Positions 19,101 to 29,519 are shown, counted from the first letter of the stretch. The stretch is DNA of 64,000 nt from Wujia sp. (GCA_045543915.1 JAZPXZ010000037.1:5665-69664); one strand, 5' to 3'. A program made the numbers and translations. The notes: a model not told the origin generated them from the letters alone.

Positions 19101-20273
19101 CTACTGCTTATCTCTAAGTCTTCCAATAAATGCTGCAAGTCTCTTCATAGCTTCTCTTAGCTCATCAATAGAGTAAGCATAAGAAATTCTTAGGAAGCCC
19201 TCACCGCAATCACCAAATGCAGTTCCCGGTACCACAGCAAGCTCCTCCTCCTGAAGAAGTCTTGTGGCGAACTCATCAGAGGTCATACCAAACTCCTTGA
19301 TACAAGGGAACATATAGAATGCTCCAAGTGGCTCAAAGCAAGGAAGTCCCATCTCCTCAAAGGTCTTCATAAGGAAATGTCTTCTCTGGTCGTATGAGGT
19401 TTTCATACGCTCAATATCCTTGTCACCCTCCTTGATAGCGCTAATTGCTGCGTACTGACTAGTAGTTGGAGCACACATAATTGCAAACTGGTGAACCTTA
19501 GTCATCTGCTCAGCAATAACCTGAGGAGCAAGTGCATATCCAAGTCTCCATCCTGTCATAGCGTAAGCCTTAGAGAAACCATTTATAATAATTGTTCTCT
19601 CCTTCATACCTGGAAGGGAACCAATAGTACAATGCTGTGCGTCTCCGTATGTAAGCTCTGAATAAATCTCGTCTGATATAACAAATATATCCTTCTCCTG
19701 ACAGATTTTAGCTATAGGCTCAAGGTCTTCCTTAGTCATTATAGCTCCTGTAGGGTTACTAGGATAAGCAAGTATAAGAATCTTAGTCTTGTCAGTAATG
19801 GCTCCAAGAAGCTCCTCTGGTGTAAGTCTAAACTGATTCTCATTCTTAAGTGCTATGGTTACAGGCACACCACCTGCAAGCTCAACACAAGGAACATATG
19901 ATACATAGCAAGGCTCAGGAATAATAACCTCATCTCCCGGATCAAGCATTGCTCTAAATGCAAGGTCAATACCCTCGCTACCACCTACGGTAATAAGCGC
20001 TTCCTTCTTGTAATCATAGTCTACATTATATTTTCTCTTATACCACTTACAGATTTCCTCTCTAAGCTCAAGGAGTCCTGAATTTGAAGTATAAAATGTT
20101 TTACCCTTCTCAAGAGAGTAGATACCCTCTTCTCTAATATGCCAAGGTGTATCGAAGTCAGGCTCACCAACACCAAGGGATATAGCATCCGGCATCTCGC
20201 TTACTATATCGAAAAACTTTCTAATGCCTGATGGCTTAATATTTGTAATTGTTTGTGATAATGGATTTCTCAT
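19101..20273 (-). CDS. PLP-dependent class I/II aminotransferase (AspC/AlaT-like)
   Basis: SLGVGEPDF, YPSNPTGA, SDEIYSEL, GFSKAYAMTGWRLG. Confidence 0.92.
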   Translation of the reverse strand: MRNPLSQTITNIKPSGIRKFFDIVSEMPDAISLGVGEPDFDTPWHIREEGIYSLEKGKTFYTSNSGLLELREEICKWYKRKYNVDYDYKKEALITVGGSEGIDLAFRAMLDPGDEVIIPEPCYVSYVPCVELAGGVPVTIALKNENQFRLTPEELLGAITDKTKILILAYPSNPTGAIMTKEDLEPIAKICQEKDIFVISDEIYSELTYGDAQHCTIGSLPGMKERTIIINGFSKAYAMTGWRLGYALAPQVIAEQMTKVHQFAIMCAPTTSQYAAISAIKEGDKDIERMKTSYDQRRHFLMKTFEEMGLPCFEPLGAFYMFPCIKEFGMTSDEFATRLLQEEELAVVPGTAFGDCGEGFLRISYAYSIDELREAMKRLAAFIGRLRDKQ

Positions 20274-20755
20274 TATGGTACTATTGCCAACCTTTCATCT
20301 TTCTTAACCATGTCAAACTTAATGCCGTGGTCCTTATATTTCTTAAGCACAAAATGTGTAGATGTGCTTATAACTGTCTCCATAACTGCAAGCTTCTCAG
20401 ATACAAAGCGTGATACCTCTCTAAGAGTCTTGCCCTGAATAATAACTGTAAAGTCAAATGCACCTGCCATAAGGTAAACTGCATTAACCTCCTCATAGTT
20501 ATATATTCTCTCTGCAATCTTGTCAAAGCCCTGTCCTCTCTGAGGAGTAACCTTAACCTCGATAAGAGCTGTAACCTTCTCCTCTGCCACCTTATCCCAG
20601 TCAATCATAGTGTGGTAACCACAGATTACCTTACTATCCTCCATGGCCTTAATATCCGCGGCCACCGCCGCCTCGTCTAAGCCAAGCATACTGGCTATAT
20701 CTTTTACAGTAAGTCTACTGTCATTTTCAAGAAGCTTTAAAATGTCGTTATTCAT
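20273..20755 (-). CDS. Lrp/AsnC-family transcriptional regulator
   Basis: N-terminal HTH (ILKLLENDSRLTVKDIASMLG) and a RAM domain; coupled to the aminotransferase as in the B. subtilis yugG-yugH pair. Confidence 0.9.
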   Translation of the reverse strand: MNNDILKLLENDSRLTVKDIASMLGLDEAAVAADIKAMEDSKVICGYHTMIDWDKVAEEKVTALIEVKVTPQRGQGFDKIAERIYNYEEVNAVYLMAGAFDFTVIIQGKTLREVSRFVSEKLAVMETVISTSTHFVLKKYKDHGIKFDMVKKDERLAIVP

Positions 20756-20791
20756 ACTCTTACCTTCCTTTTAATTTATTGTCACTCTACA

Positions 20792-21781
20792 TTAATACGC
20801 AGAAATAACCTTATATATTTCATCACCCTTAACAGGTGCTAAAAATCGCTTTTCACCCTCAGAATTAAGAACAACTACCCTATCCTTGTTCTGAGTGAGC
20901 CTGCCTATTACAGACGCCTTATATCCTGCCTGGCATAAACCCTCTGCCAGCAGTTTTCCATCCCTTGCCACCACAAGCAATGCTCCCGTTGACTCCAACA
21001 TATAGGGATTTATATCGAAATAATTGCATAGCTCCACAGTCTCCTGCTTAATAGGAATGCTTCTGTGATCTATTAAAACACCTAATTTAAGTGCCTCCCC
21101 AAGCTGCCATAGAGCTCCGTACACTCCTCCAAAGGAAATGTCATGCATATAGGAAACCTCAGCCTGGTCCTTATAGTTTTTTACCACATCAATCATAGGC
21201 TTGATGCAGTAGCTTTTGTCCGGAAAGCTACATGCTTCAACATAGCTTCCTGCAAATCTTTTTTTTAGCTCAGCAGCCTTATCCTCTACTATTAGATTGG
21301 TGCCGAGAACTCCAGTGTAGCCAGCCATTACAATATCATAATCGGCCTTGGCCTTCATAGGAATAGAATTTTCTTCCTCAACATACCCAAGCATCTCCAC
21401 CAGAAAGCTTGGTCTTATATAAGCGGTGCTTACTCTTGTGTCTCCACCAACTATTTGCAGGCTCCACTTATCCGCCAATGCATTAAATGCAGCTGCATAC
21501 TCCTTTAGCATATGCTCCTCTGTGTCAACAGGTAGCATATAGCACACTCTGGCTCCCGCAATATTTCCACCAGAAACGCAAAGGTTATTAATAGCCTTAG
21601 TCCAGGCAATAAGAGGAGTCTCAGCTATAGCTTCCGACTGAACCATATATTGGGCACCAGACTTAACCATGGAATAATCCTTTCCAACTCCGCTACCAAC
21701 TACCACAGACTTATTATGCTTTCTAATATGCTTTGTCACCGAACGGGTGAGATAAAGTTCACCTAAGCTTCCCTGATCCAT
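20792..21781 (-). CDS. AIR synthase-related (PurM/HypE-fold) protein
   Basis: IVGGDTRVS, MHDISFGGVYGALWQL, NPYMLESTGALL; RBS GGAGG before ATG 21781. Confidence 0.7.
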   Translation of the reverse strand: MDQGSLGELYLTRSVTKHIRKHNKSVVVGSGVGKDYSMVKSGAQYMVQSEAIAETPLIAWTKAINNLCVSGGNIAGARVCYMLPVDTEEHMLKEYAAAFNALADKWSLQIVGGDTRVSTAYIRPSFLVEMLGYVEEENSIPMKAKADYDIVMAGYTGVLGTNLIVEDKAAELKKRFAGSYVEACSFPDKSYCIKPMIDVVKNYKDQAEVSYMHDISFGGVYGALWQLGEALKLGVLIDHRSIPIKQETVELCNYFDINPYMLESTGALLVVARDGKLLAEGLCQAGYKASVIGRLTQNKDRVVVLNSEGEKRFLAPVKGDEIYKVISAY

Positions 21782-21833
21782 GTAAACCTCCCGCAAATTG
21801 CATTGGTTGAAAAAAAAGTTGTTGCGTGTTATC

Positions 21834-21938
21834 CTATACAAAGGATACGAGAAGACCTAGCACCATTGCTACACATACTAATATTACGATTACTAATGAT
21901 ATTGTCTTCATCTTTTTCTTATTACTAAAATTAATCAT
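21834..21938 (-). CDS. Unannotated 34-aa single-pass membrane protein
   Basis: Manual translation MINFSNKKKMKTISLVIVILVCVAMVLGLLVSFV*; RBS GGAGGT 4 nt before ATG; basic N-terminus plus TM helix. Confidence 0.75.
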   Translation of the reverse strand: MINFSNKKKMKTISLVIVILVCVAMVLGLLVSFV

Positions 21939-21964
21939 ACTTACCTCCGAAAGGATTTAACCTT

Positions 21965-22585
21965 ATGAAATATATTAACTGGTTTCTAATTGTATTTATA
22001 TTCTGGGGTGCCTTTGTAATAGCCAGGGGCATAGCTCATTCCAAACATGTGACTAATACAAACTCCAGAAACTTCTGGGAAAATGAATCAAAGGCCAATC
22101 AGGTTAGAAAGGCAGACATATCCGGTCTTGCCTACATCGTCTTAGACCTTTCACTTCTTCCTATGGATGCACTTCTTCCTGCTCTTAGCCACAGAGCTAA
22201 GGAGCTCGAGAAGCTATCACAGGAAAAAATTATTAATCTTTCTATGTACACCAATACACAGCTAAAGCTTATGTACGGTCCTGCCAACCTAGAAGCGCTG
22301 TCCTACTACGATGGCAACTATCTTAAGCTTATTAGGCTTCTTAACTCCATCGGCAAGGAGCTTATCCAGCTGGGAAATACTTCCGCTGCCAAGGAGTTTT
22401 TAAGCTACTCTCTTAGCCTGGGCTCCGATATTAGTGAAACCTTCACTTTATTGGCAGATATCTACAAATCAAAGGGGCATGATAATGATATCGACCTTCT
22501 TATAAAGGTGGCCGAAAACCTTGATACCATTAACAAGACCTCCATCATAAACAAATTAAATAATATCAAATCAAATGTGAAATAG
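21965..22585 (+). CDS. Membrane-anchored hypothetical protein with a TPR-like helical C-terminus
   Basis: N-terminal TM helix; LLNSIGKELIQLGNTSAAKEFLSYSLSLGSD...LADIY resembles TPR helices. Confidence 0.6.
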   Translation: MKYINWFLIVFIFWGAFVIARGIAHSKHVTNTNSRNFWENESKANQVRKADISGLAYIVLDLSLLPMDALLPALSHRAKELEKLSQEKIINLSMYTNTQLKLMYGPANLEALSYYDGNYLKLIRLLNSIGKELIQLGNTSAAKEFLSYSLSLGSDISETFTLLADIYKSKGHDNDIDLLIKVAENLDTINKTSIINKLNNIKSNVK

Positions 22586-22601
22586 CAACTCTGTTTTATA
22601 T

Positions 22602-22720
22602 GGGCTGTGCACCGATATATACTGGCCGGCCTGCCTAGGGATTTGGCATCGCTGACACTTAAAACGGTCAGCTCAGCCAAACCCTGTCGCGGCCGGAATG
22701 TAGTTTGTTGGCACAGCTCC
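22602..22720 (+). repeat. Dispersed palindromic element, copy A
   Basis: Shares exact 18-, 24- and 14-nt blocks with the reverse complement of 50041-50164; outer stem GCTGTGC/GCACAGC. Confidence 0.85.
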
Positions 22721-22732
22721 GCTTTATTTGAT

Positions 22733-24040
22733 CTACTCTTCTACCCTTCCACACAGATAATTAATAAACTGCTGTGCGGTTCTTCCTGACACTCCACCGT
22801 GGGACATCTCCCATTTGTTTGCTTCTAGGATAAGCTCTTCCTCTGACATATTTATCTCTGGGTAACGCTTGCTAAGCTCTGTTACTATGTAGTTGAACTC
22901 CTTCTTTGTAGGTCTGGAGAAGTTTATGGTTACACCGAAACGGTTTACCAGAGATAGCTTCTCCTGCATTGTGTCAGACTGGTGCATCTCCACATTGTAA
23001 TCAGACCTATCATTCCAGGTTTCCTTAATGAGATGACGACGGTTAGATGTAGCATATATAAGCACATTGTCTGGCTTACTCTCAAGACCACCCTCTATAA
23101 CTGCCTTTAAATATTTGTATTCAATCTCAAATTCTTCAAAGGAAAGATCATCCATATATATTACAAATTTATAGTTTCTATTCTTAATATGAGATATAAC
23201 AGCAGATAAATCCTTGAACTGATGCTTATATATCTCTATCATTCTAAGGCCCTGATCATAATATTGATTAATAATGGCCTTGATACAGGTGGATTTTCCT
23301 GTACCACTATCTCCGAACAAAAGACAGTTGTTAGCTCTTCTGCCTGCCACAAAGGCTTCAGTATTATCTATAAGCTTTTGCTTCTGAATCTCATAGCCAA
23401 CTAAATCATCAAGCACTACTCTGTCCGTATTGTTAATAGAGATAAACTCTATATCCTTACCCTCGTCATGCTTAATACGAAAGGCTTTGTTAAGTCCAAA
23501 CATTCCCACACCGTACTGCTTATAAAACCAGGTCATAATGTCAAATACCTGCTTCTCATCATCAGCAGCACTTAAAGCATCGCTTATATATCTAACCTTT
23601 TCGCTAACATTTTTATTATACATCTGAGACTTTTTAGGGAGAGACTGATAGTTTGTTATAGTTGTAAAGCAGTCTATCCCCAGCTCCTTCTCAATGTCAG
23701 AGAAATCAAAGTGAAAAAGTCTCTTAAATATTCCATAATCCTTTAGAGCGAAGGTATTCACGGAGCCTTCACCTGCCCCAACCTTCTCACAGGTTAGGGT
23801 AAATGAATTCTCATTAGTCACAAGTAAAAATGCCAGATAGTCCTGCCACAAATTTTTGTTAAAGCCATAGCTGGTTGCCAAATCTAGTATTCTCTTAATC
23901 TGCTGGTATATTCTAGTCACCAGGGTAGCATCATCACACACACCTAATTCCTTGTCGTGAAAAATCTCAGCCATGCGATAGAGAATGCTGTCCTCTCCTA
24001 AATCTCTATATAAAACTAATCCGGATATTTCCTTGTACAT
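22733..24040 (-). CDS. DUF815-type AAA+ ATP-binding protein
   Basis: [35 protein letters not shown]. Confidence 0.85.
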   Translation of the reverse strand: MYKEISGLVLYRDLGEDSILYRMAEIFHDKELGVCDDATLVTRIYQQIKRILDLATSYGFNKNLWQDYLAFLLVTNENSFTLTCEKVGAGEGSVNTFALKDYGIFKRLFHFDFSDIEKELGIDCFTTITNYQSLPKKSQMYNKNVSEKVRYISDALSAADDEKQVFDIMTWFYKQYGVGMFGLNKAFRIKHDEGKDIEFISINNTDRVVLDDLVGYEIQKQKLIDNTEAFVAGRRANNCLLFGDSGTGKSTCIKAIINQYYDQGLRMIEIYKHQFKDLSAVISHIKNRNYKFVIYMDDLSFEEFEIEYKYLKAVIEGGLESKPDNVLIYATSNRRHLIKETWNDRSDYNVEMHQSDTMQEKLSLVNRFGVTINFSRPTKKEFNYIVTELSKRYPEINMSEEELILEANKWEMSHGGVSGRTAQQFINYLCGRVEE

Positions 24041-24055
24041 AATATATCTCCTCGA

Positions 24056-25315
24056 CTATTCTTCCTGCTCTTTATTATTATCCTGCTCTGTAGTCTCTGT
24101 GTCCTCCTTGGTTCCACCTAAATTCTTAGGAGTAAACATTCTTCGTCTTGACTCCATAAGAGGAACCACATCATCAGACACTTCCTTCTCATCTATATTG
24201 ATTTTCTTATACCTAAGCTTTCTAAGCACCAGACTTCTAATGTATGCGTAGAGTACAGAAACTAGAGGTATAAACAGGAACATTCCTGCAACACCCATAA
24301 GGTCTCCACCTACCAATACTGCCAAAAGCACCCAGATTGCTCCAAGTCCTATGTCTCCACCCACAAGTCTTGGGTAGATGAAATAGTTCTCAATAAACTG
24401 AAGTACAAAGAACAATATGATAAACCATATTACCGTCGAAGGTGACTCCACCAATATAAGAAATGCACTGATAAAGCAACCTATAAATGCACCAAATACA
24501 GGTATAAGCGCCGTAAAGGCCATAAGCACACCAACAGTAAGTGGATAAGGCATACCAAGAAGGCTCATGGCTATAACAAACATACCTCCTAGGATAATTC
24601 CCTCTCTAAACTGACAAGCAAAAAACTTAGAAAATGTTGTGTTAGCAATCTTGCCAAACACCATAAGCTCATCTGCTGTATGCTCCTTAAACATAGCATA
24701 GATTATCATCTTTGTCTGTCTTCCCAGCTTTTCCTTCTGAGCAAGAATATACATAGAGAATACTATTCCTATGAAAATATTAACCACGGCACTAACTATG
24801 GATGAGAATATATTTACTGTGGTAGACAGAAGGGTACTTCCACCGTCCTTCATAAATAATCCCAGCTCTTCCCAGTTAATTTCAATACTGTTTATAGCCT
24901 CAGTAATCTCAGGGAACTTAGTTGTGTACTGAAGAATCCAGGCCTTTGTTCTATCCACAAAGCCTGGCAGCTTATCCTTTATCTTGGTGATAGTATCACC
25001 TACCTCAGGTATTACTACAAAAAGCACAAGCACTAATACACACACTGCAAGAACATAGGCCAAAATCATACTAATTGGTCTCTTATACTTATAGAGGCTG
25101 CCGGACTTTTTCTTGAAAAGTCCGTCCTCTATGCTCTTCATTAAAATATTAATAACAAATGCAATAGCGCAGCCAATTAAAAACGGAAGTAAAAGTGCAA
25201 TAACCTTCTTAAGCAAATACACAATAACACCTGTATGATTAACAAGATATATTAGCACTACTGTAAATGTTATAACACTTAGCACCATTTTCATGGCCTG
25301 CTTCTTTTCCTTCAT
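24056..25315 (-). CDS. AI-2E family transporter
   Basis: Multi-TM; PFLIGCAIAF, ALIPVFGAFIG, QFIENYFIYPRLVG. Confidence 0.88.
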   Translation of the reverse strand: MKEKKQAMKMVLSVITFTVVLIYLVNHTGVIVYLLKKVIALLLPFLIGCAIAFVINILMKSIEDGLFKKKSGSLYKYKRPISMILAYVLAVCVLVLVLFVVIPEVGDTITKIKDKLPGFVDRTKAWILQYTTKFPEITEAINSIEINWEELGLFMKDGGSTLLSTTVNIFSSIVSAVVNIFIGIVFSMYILAQKEKLGRQTKMIIYAMFKEHTADELMVFGKIANTTFSKFFACQFREGIILGGMFVIAMSLLGMPYPLTVGVLMAFTALIPVFGAFIGCFISAFLILVESPSTVIWFIILFFVLQFIENYFIYPRLVGGDIGLGAIWVLLAVLVGGDLMGVAGMFLFIPLVSVLYAYIRSLVLRKLRYKKINIDEKEVSDDVVPLMESRRRMFTPKNLGGTKEDTETTEQDNNKEQEE

Positions 25316-25372
25316 ACTATGTCTCCTTCAATTGTTATATGGTAATGATTCCCATTTGCCTTATTATTTATC

Positions 25373-27424
25373 CTAGTTTTGGATAAATGGTGTAGCTGTG
25401 CTACCAGGAGCCTCTCCTCCCTTTGGAACAAGAACAATCTGGATAGCCTCAAGTCTTCTTGAAAGTCCTGCTGTTCCGGCATCAGCACCGTTCTTAGCCC
25501 AATCAAGCCATCCATAAGTCTGAGCATGAACTCTATAATATACATCATAGTGCTCTGCTACTTCACCGTAAAGCTCAATACGGATACCCTCAAGTCTCTT
25601 TGACTCGCCCTCTGTTCCGGACATTTCACCATCCTTTGACCAGGTTTCAGGCAAATCCTTATCTCCCTGCCAGCCATAGGTTTGTACATGAGTTGTATAT
25701 CTGATGCCACCCTCGTAGCCTGTATCACCAAGAGCAATCTCGATACCCTCAAGTCTCTTTGACTTACCACTGGTTCCACTGATTGAGCCATCATATACAA
25801 AGCCCTGCCAGCCATAATTCTGTACATGAGTTCTGTAGTTTACAAGACCCTCTGTAGCGTTCTCAGATGTAGAATTTAAGCCGTAATCAACATATGAGTA
25901 GCCAATTAATCCATCAGGATACTCTCCTACTGGTAGTACTAAAATTTCGATACCCTCAAGTCTCTTTGACTGTCCTGCTGTACCTGCAGGCTGTCCATTC
26001 TTAGCCCAACCAAGCCAGCCATAGTTCTGAGCGTGTACTCTATACCAAATGTTATACTTGTCCTTATCTGCTCCGGTAAGGTCTATCTGAATTGCCTCAA
26101 GTCTCTTTGACTCACCACTTGTTCCACTAAACTCATCATCAGTTCTCCACTCTTCTTCCCAGCCGTAGCCCTGGATGTGAGTTCTATATGTAACACCTAA
26201 ATCATACTCATTAAAGTTATTAGCAAGCTTTATCTGGATGCCCTCAAGTCTCTTTGACTCCCCAGAGGTTCCTGACATAAAACCATCACACATATAGCTC
26301 TGCCAACCGTAGCTCTGAACATGAGTCTTGTACTTTACACTTATTTCATCTTCATGCTCATCGATATAATAATCTGAAGGTCCCATAGGATACTTCTCAT
26401 AAAAATCAGCTGTATTATATGGGTACTCTCTTAAGTGATCTACATCATCTTCGAAGGTATCCATATCAGTGAGGAAATAGTAGAACTCATAATCCCCATA
26501 ACCATCTGTATCATCCCATGTAGCGTCTATATTATAGTAGTACTGTCCCATCTGAACTATGTTCCATGCGTGACCACCTACCATATCACCGTACTCATCA
26601 TATACAGTCTCACTAGTTACAACTCTTGTTGAAATCTCCATCTCTCTAAGAAGTCTGTACATCGCTGTAGCATAGCCCTGACATACGGCAGAACCATCTA
26701 TAAGAGCACCATATGTTGAAAAGCACCCACTAGTAAAATAGTAATCATAGTCTACAGTCTCCATAATATAGTGCTGAGCAGCGAAAGTCTTGACAACATC
26801 ATGCTCGTTCTCCCAGCCATCAAGCTCATCATTTAAAATTCTCTTAATCTCTGCATCTACAGCTGCCTCCTGGGATGCAGTTGAAAAATAATCCAAATAT
26901 AATGCATAATAGTAGCAATCATCTGCATCATATACATCACCATCTACTCCAGCCCAGTTCCAGTAGAGATAATCTCCCTCATATGCATTGGCAGTCTCTT
27001 CCATTGCTACATCGAAGATTACATCAAACATATCATTGTGACCATCTTCGTAGTTATATCCACCCTTATTTACATACATGAATACAACTCCATCTCTGTC
27101 TACCATACATTCTCTAAGATATTCTGCCGCAGACTTAATAGATGAAAATGTTGGCGCATCAACCATAGCCGCCTCATCATTAATAGTGTCTGGGTCAACA
27201 TTTGTCTCCCCTGCAGCCTCCATAGCCTTGTCGGATGCCTCCTTTGCAGCTTCGTAAGAGTCAAAAGCTTCATTGTAAGCAGTAACGCTGCCTAGCTCAG
27301 TGCTTGTTCCATCTGACTCTTTTGCATACACACCCTTAACTGGTGCGAACAACCCTACCAAAAGTAGGAAGCTAAGTAAATATGGCAATACATATTTTAC
27401 TTTTCTTTGATAAAATCCTTTCAT
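25373..27424 (-). CDS. Secreted transglutaminase-like (Cys-His-Asp) protein with 6 ChW repeats
   Basis: Signal peptide; AVCQGYA, GHAWNIV, NIDATWD; six Y.TH.Q.YGW...GT.G.SKRLE repeats. Confidence 0.85.
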   Translation of the reverse strand: MKGFYQRKVKYVLPYLLSFLLLVGLFAPVKGVYAKESDGTSTELGSVTAYNEAFDSYEAAKEASDKAMEAAGETNVDPDTINDEAAMVDAPTFSSIKSAAEYLRECMVDRDGVVFMYVNKGGYNYEDGHNDMFDVIFDVAMEETANAYEGDYLYWNWAGVDGDVYDADDCYYYALYLDYFSTASQEAAVDAEIKRILNDELDGWENEHDVVKTFAAQHYIMETVDYDYYFTSGCFSTYGALIDGSAVCQGYATAMYRLLREMEISTRVVTSETVYDEYGDMVGGHAWNIVQMGQYYYNIDATWDDTDGYGDYEFYYFLTDMDTFEDDVDHLREYPYNTADFYEKYPMGPSDYYIDEHEDEISVKYKTHVQSYGWQSYMCDGFMSGTSGESKRLEGIQIKLANNFNEYDLGVTYRTHIQGYGWEEEWRTDDEFSGTSGESKRLEAIQIDLTGADKDKYNIWYRVHAQNYGWLGWAKNGQPAGTAGQSKRLEGIEILVLPVGEYPDGLIGYSYVDYGLNSTSENATEGLVNYRTHVQNYGWQGFVYDGSISGTSGKSKRLEGIEIALGDTGYEGGIRYTTHVQTYGWQGDKDLPETWSKDGEMSGTEGESKRLEGIRIELYGEVAEHYDVYYRVHAQTYGWLDWAKNGADAGTAGLSRRLEAIQIVLVPKGGEAPGSTATPFIQN

Positions 27425-27455
27425 TTTTTCTCCTCCTTATATATTTATTATCCAT

Positions 27456-29501
27456 TTACTGGATGAAAGGCTTTGCTATGCTTCCAGGGGCATCACTACC
27501 CTTAGGAAGAATTACTATCTGAATGGCCTCAAGTCTTTTTGACAGCCCTGCAGTTCCCGCATCGGCTCCATTTTTGGCCCAATCTAACCATCCATAGGTC
27601 TGAGCATGCACTCTATAATACACATCATAGTGCTCTGCCACCTGACCATAAAGCTGGATTCGAATACCCTCTAGTCGCTTGGACTCTCCACTTGTTCCAG
27701 CCATAGCTCCATCTGACGGCCAGGACTCAGGGCTATCCTTATCTCCCTGCCAGCCATAAGTCTGTACATGGGTGGTATATCTAATTCCACCTTCATAGCC
27801 GGTATCTCCCAGGGAAATATTTATTCCCTCAAGTCTTTTGGATAATCCGCTGGTTCCACTTATGGAGCCATCGTACACATATCCCTGCCAGCCATAATTT
27901 TGTACATGAGTTCTATAATTAACAAGCCCCACTGATGGGTCAGTGGACTCTGAGTTAAAGCCATAATCCACATAGGAATAACCAAAAAGTCCCACAGGCG
28001 TCTCACCCTTTGGCAAAACCTGAATCTGAATGCTTTCAAGACGCTTGGACTGTCCTGCCGTACCGGCCATCTGGCCATTTTTAGCCCAACCAAGCCAACC
28101 ATAGTTTTGAGCATGAACTCTATAATAAATGTCAAATTCACCTGCATCAGCCCCTGTAAGCCTTATCTGAATTGCCTCCAGTCGCTTGGACTCTCCAGAG
28201 GTTCCACTCATGGCTCCATCCTTCTTCCACTGGCTCTCCCAGCCATAGCTTTGGATATGAGTTCTATATTCAACTCCAAGCTGATAATCACCAGTATTGG
28301 CAAGGGCTATTTCTATGCCCTCCAGTCGTTTGGACTCTCCAGAGGTTCCGCTAATCATTCCATCATATCTAAGCTCCTGCCAGCCATAATTTTGAACATG
28401 GGTCCTGTAATTAACTCCTACTGAATTCCTGCAAGTCTCATAGTTATAGGCTGAAGGACCCATAGGATAATCAGCGTGGAATTCATCGGTGTCGTATTCT
28501 TCCCCTCTTCTGTGATTTCCGTGGTATATAAAATCATAATCATCTGGTAGAAAATATTGCCAATTGGCCTCTGCTCTTCCGGCATCCCAGGTGGCATCCA
28601 AGTTATACCAATAGTTTCCCAGCTTTACTATATTCCAGCCATGACCTTCATTGGCCACAACTCTTGTCTCTATTCCCATCTCTCCCAACAATCTATACAT
28701 AGATGTGGCAAAGCCCTGACACACAGTCTCGTGGTTAATTATTCCGCTGTAGGTGGAGTGATTGGCCACACTTTGTTCGTACTCATAGGTGGCTGTCATC
28801 CAGCTATATACCATCCTCACATTTTCGTAATCAGGAAAATTTTCCCAGCCGGCAAACTCCTCACTAAGAAGTCTTTCTACCTCTGCATCAATTATACGCT
28901 CCTGCTCATAGGTAGACAGGTAGGTTGGGGAAATTTCAAATAAATACCCATCTTCAGTCTCAGTGTAAGTGATTCTTGCTCCACCAAAATTCCACAGAAG
29001 ATAGTCCCCCTCTACATAGTTCCCTGTATGCTTAAATGCCTCCTGTCTAATACTGTGGTACATATCTGTGGCTATGGCCTTATGGATATCCTTATCCCCT
29101 TCCTCATCATAGCCCAAAGCATAATAATAGTCATACAGCTCATTCCACTGGTCAGAATTATTATAGGTTAACTGAAAATAGGACTGCCTGTTTACCATTG
29201 CGGCTCTATAATAATCTCCCGCTTGGCTGGCAGTGGTAAATGTAGTACTGCCATATACAAATGGGTTGGCATCAGTTAGATCATTTTCCGAAGCTTCAGC
29301 AGAATTCTGTCCGGCAGCCTCAACAGCCTCCTCATAGGAGTCATAAGCATACTCATTATAGTCGTAGATGAGCTTCTCATTAGAGCCATCCTGAGTTTCA
29401 TCTGCATAACTTAGTACATACGGGCAAATCACAGCTACGAGCAAAATCAGCACCAATAGCTTAGTCCCTATTAATTTTTCATATGTATTATTCTTCTTCA
29501 A
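27456..29501 (-). CDS. Secreted transglutaminase-like protein with 6 ChW repeats (paralogue)
   Basis: TVCQGFA, GHGWNIV, NLDATWD; six ChW repeats. Confidence 0.85.
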   Translation of the reverse strand: MKKNNTYEKLIGTKLLVLILLVAVICPYVLSYADETQDGSNEKLIYDYNEYAYDSYEEAVEAAGQNSAEASENDLTDANPFVYGSTTFTTASQAGDYYRAAMVNRQSYFQLTYNNSDQWNELYDYYYALGYDEEGDKDIHKAIATDMYHSIRQEAFKHTGNYVEGDYLLWNFGGARITYTETEDGYLFEISPTYLSTYEQERIIDAEVERLLSEEFAGWENFPDYENVRMVYSWMTATYEYEQSVANHSTYSGIINHETVCQGFATSMYRLLGEMGIETRVVANEGHGWNIVKLGNYWYNLDATWDAGRAEANWQYFLPDDYDFIYHGNHRRGEEYDTDEFHADYPMGPSAYNYETCRNSVGVNYRTHVQNYGWQELRYDGMISGTSGESKRLEGIEIALANTGDYQLGVEYRTHIQSYGWESQWKKDGAMSGTSGESKRLEAIQIRLTGADAGEFDIYYRVHAQNYGWLGWAKNGQMAGTAGQSKRLESIQIQVLPKGETPVGLFGYSYVDYGFNSESTDPSVGLVNYRTHVQNYGWQGYVYDGSISGTSGLSKRLEGINISLGDTGYEGGIRYTTHVQTYGWQGDKDSPESWPSDGAMAGTSGESKRLEGIRIQLYGQVAEHYDVYYRVHAQTYGWLDWAKNGADAGTAGLSKRLEAIQIVILPKGSDAPGSIAKPFIQ

Positions 29502-29519
29502 TTTATCCCTCCAGGATAG

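Noticed and set aside
22623-22697. HDV-like ribozyme (starts GGCCGGC)
   Set aside because: No complementary GCCGGCY P1 strand or nested double pseudoknot; the sequence folds as a simple nested rod.
22602-22720. Integron attC site
   Set aside because: No RYYYAAC/GTTRRRY ends, no cassette array and no integrase.
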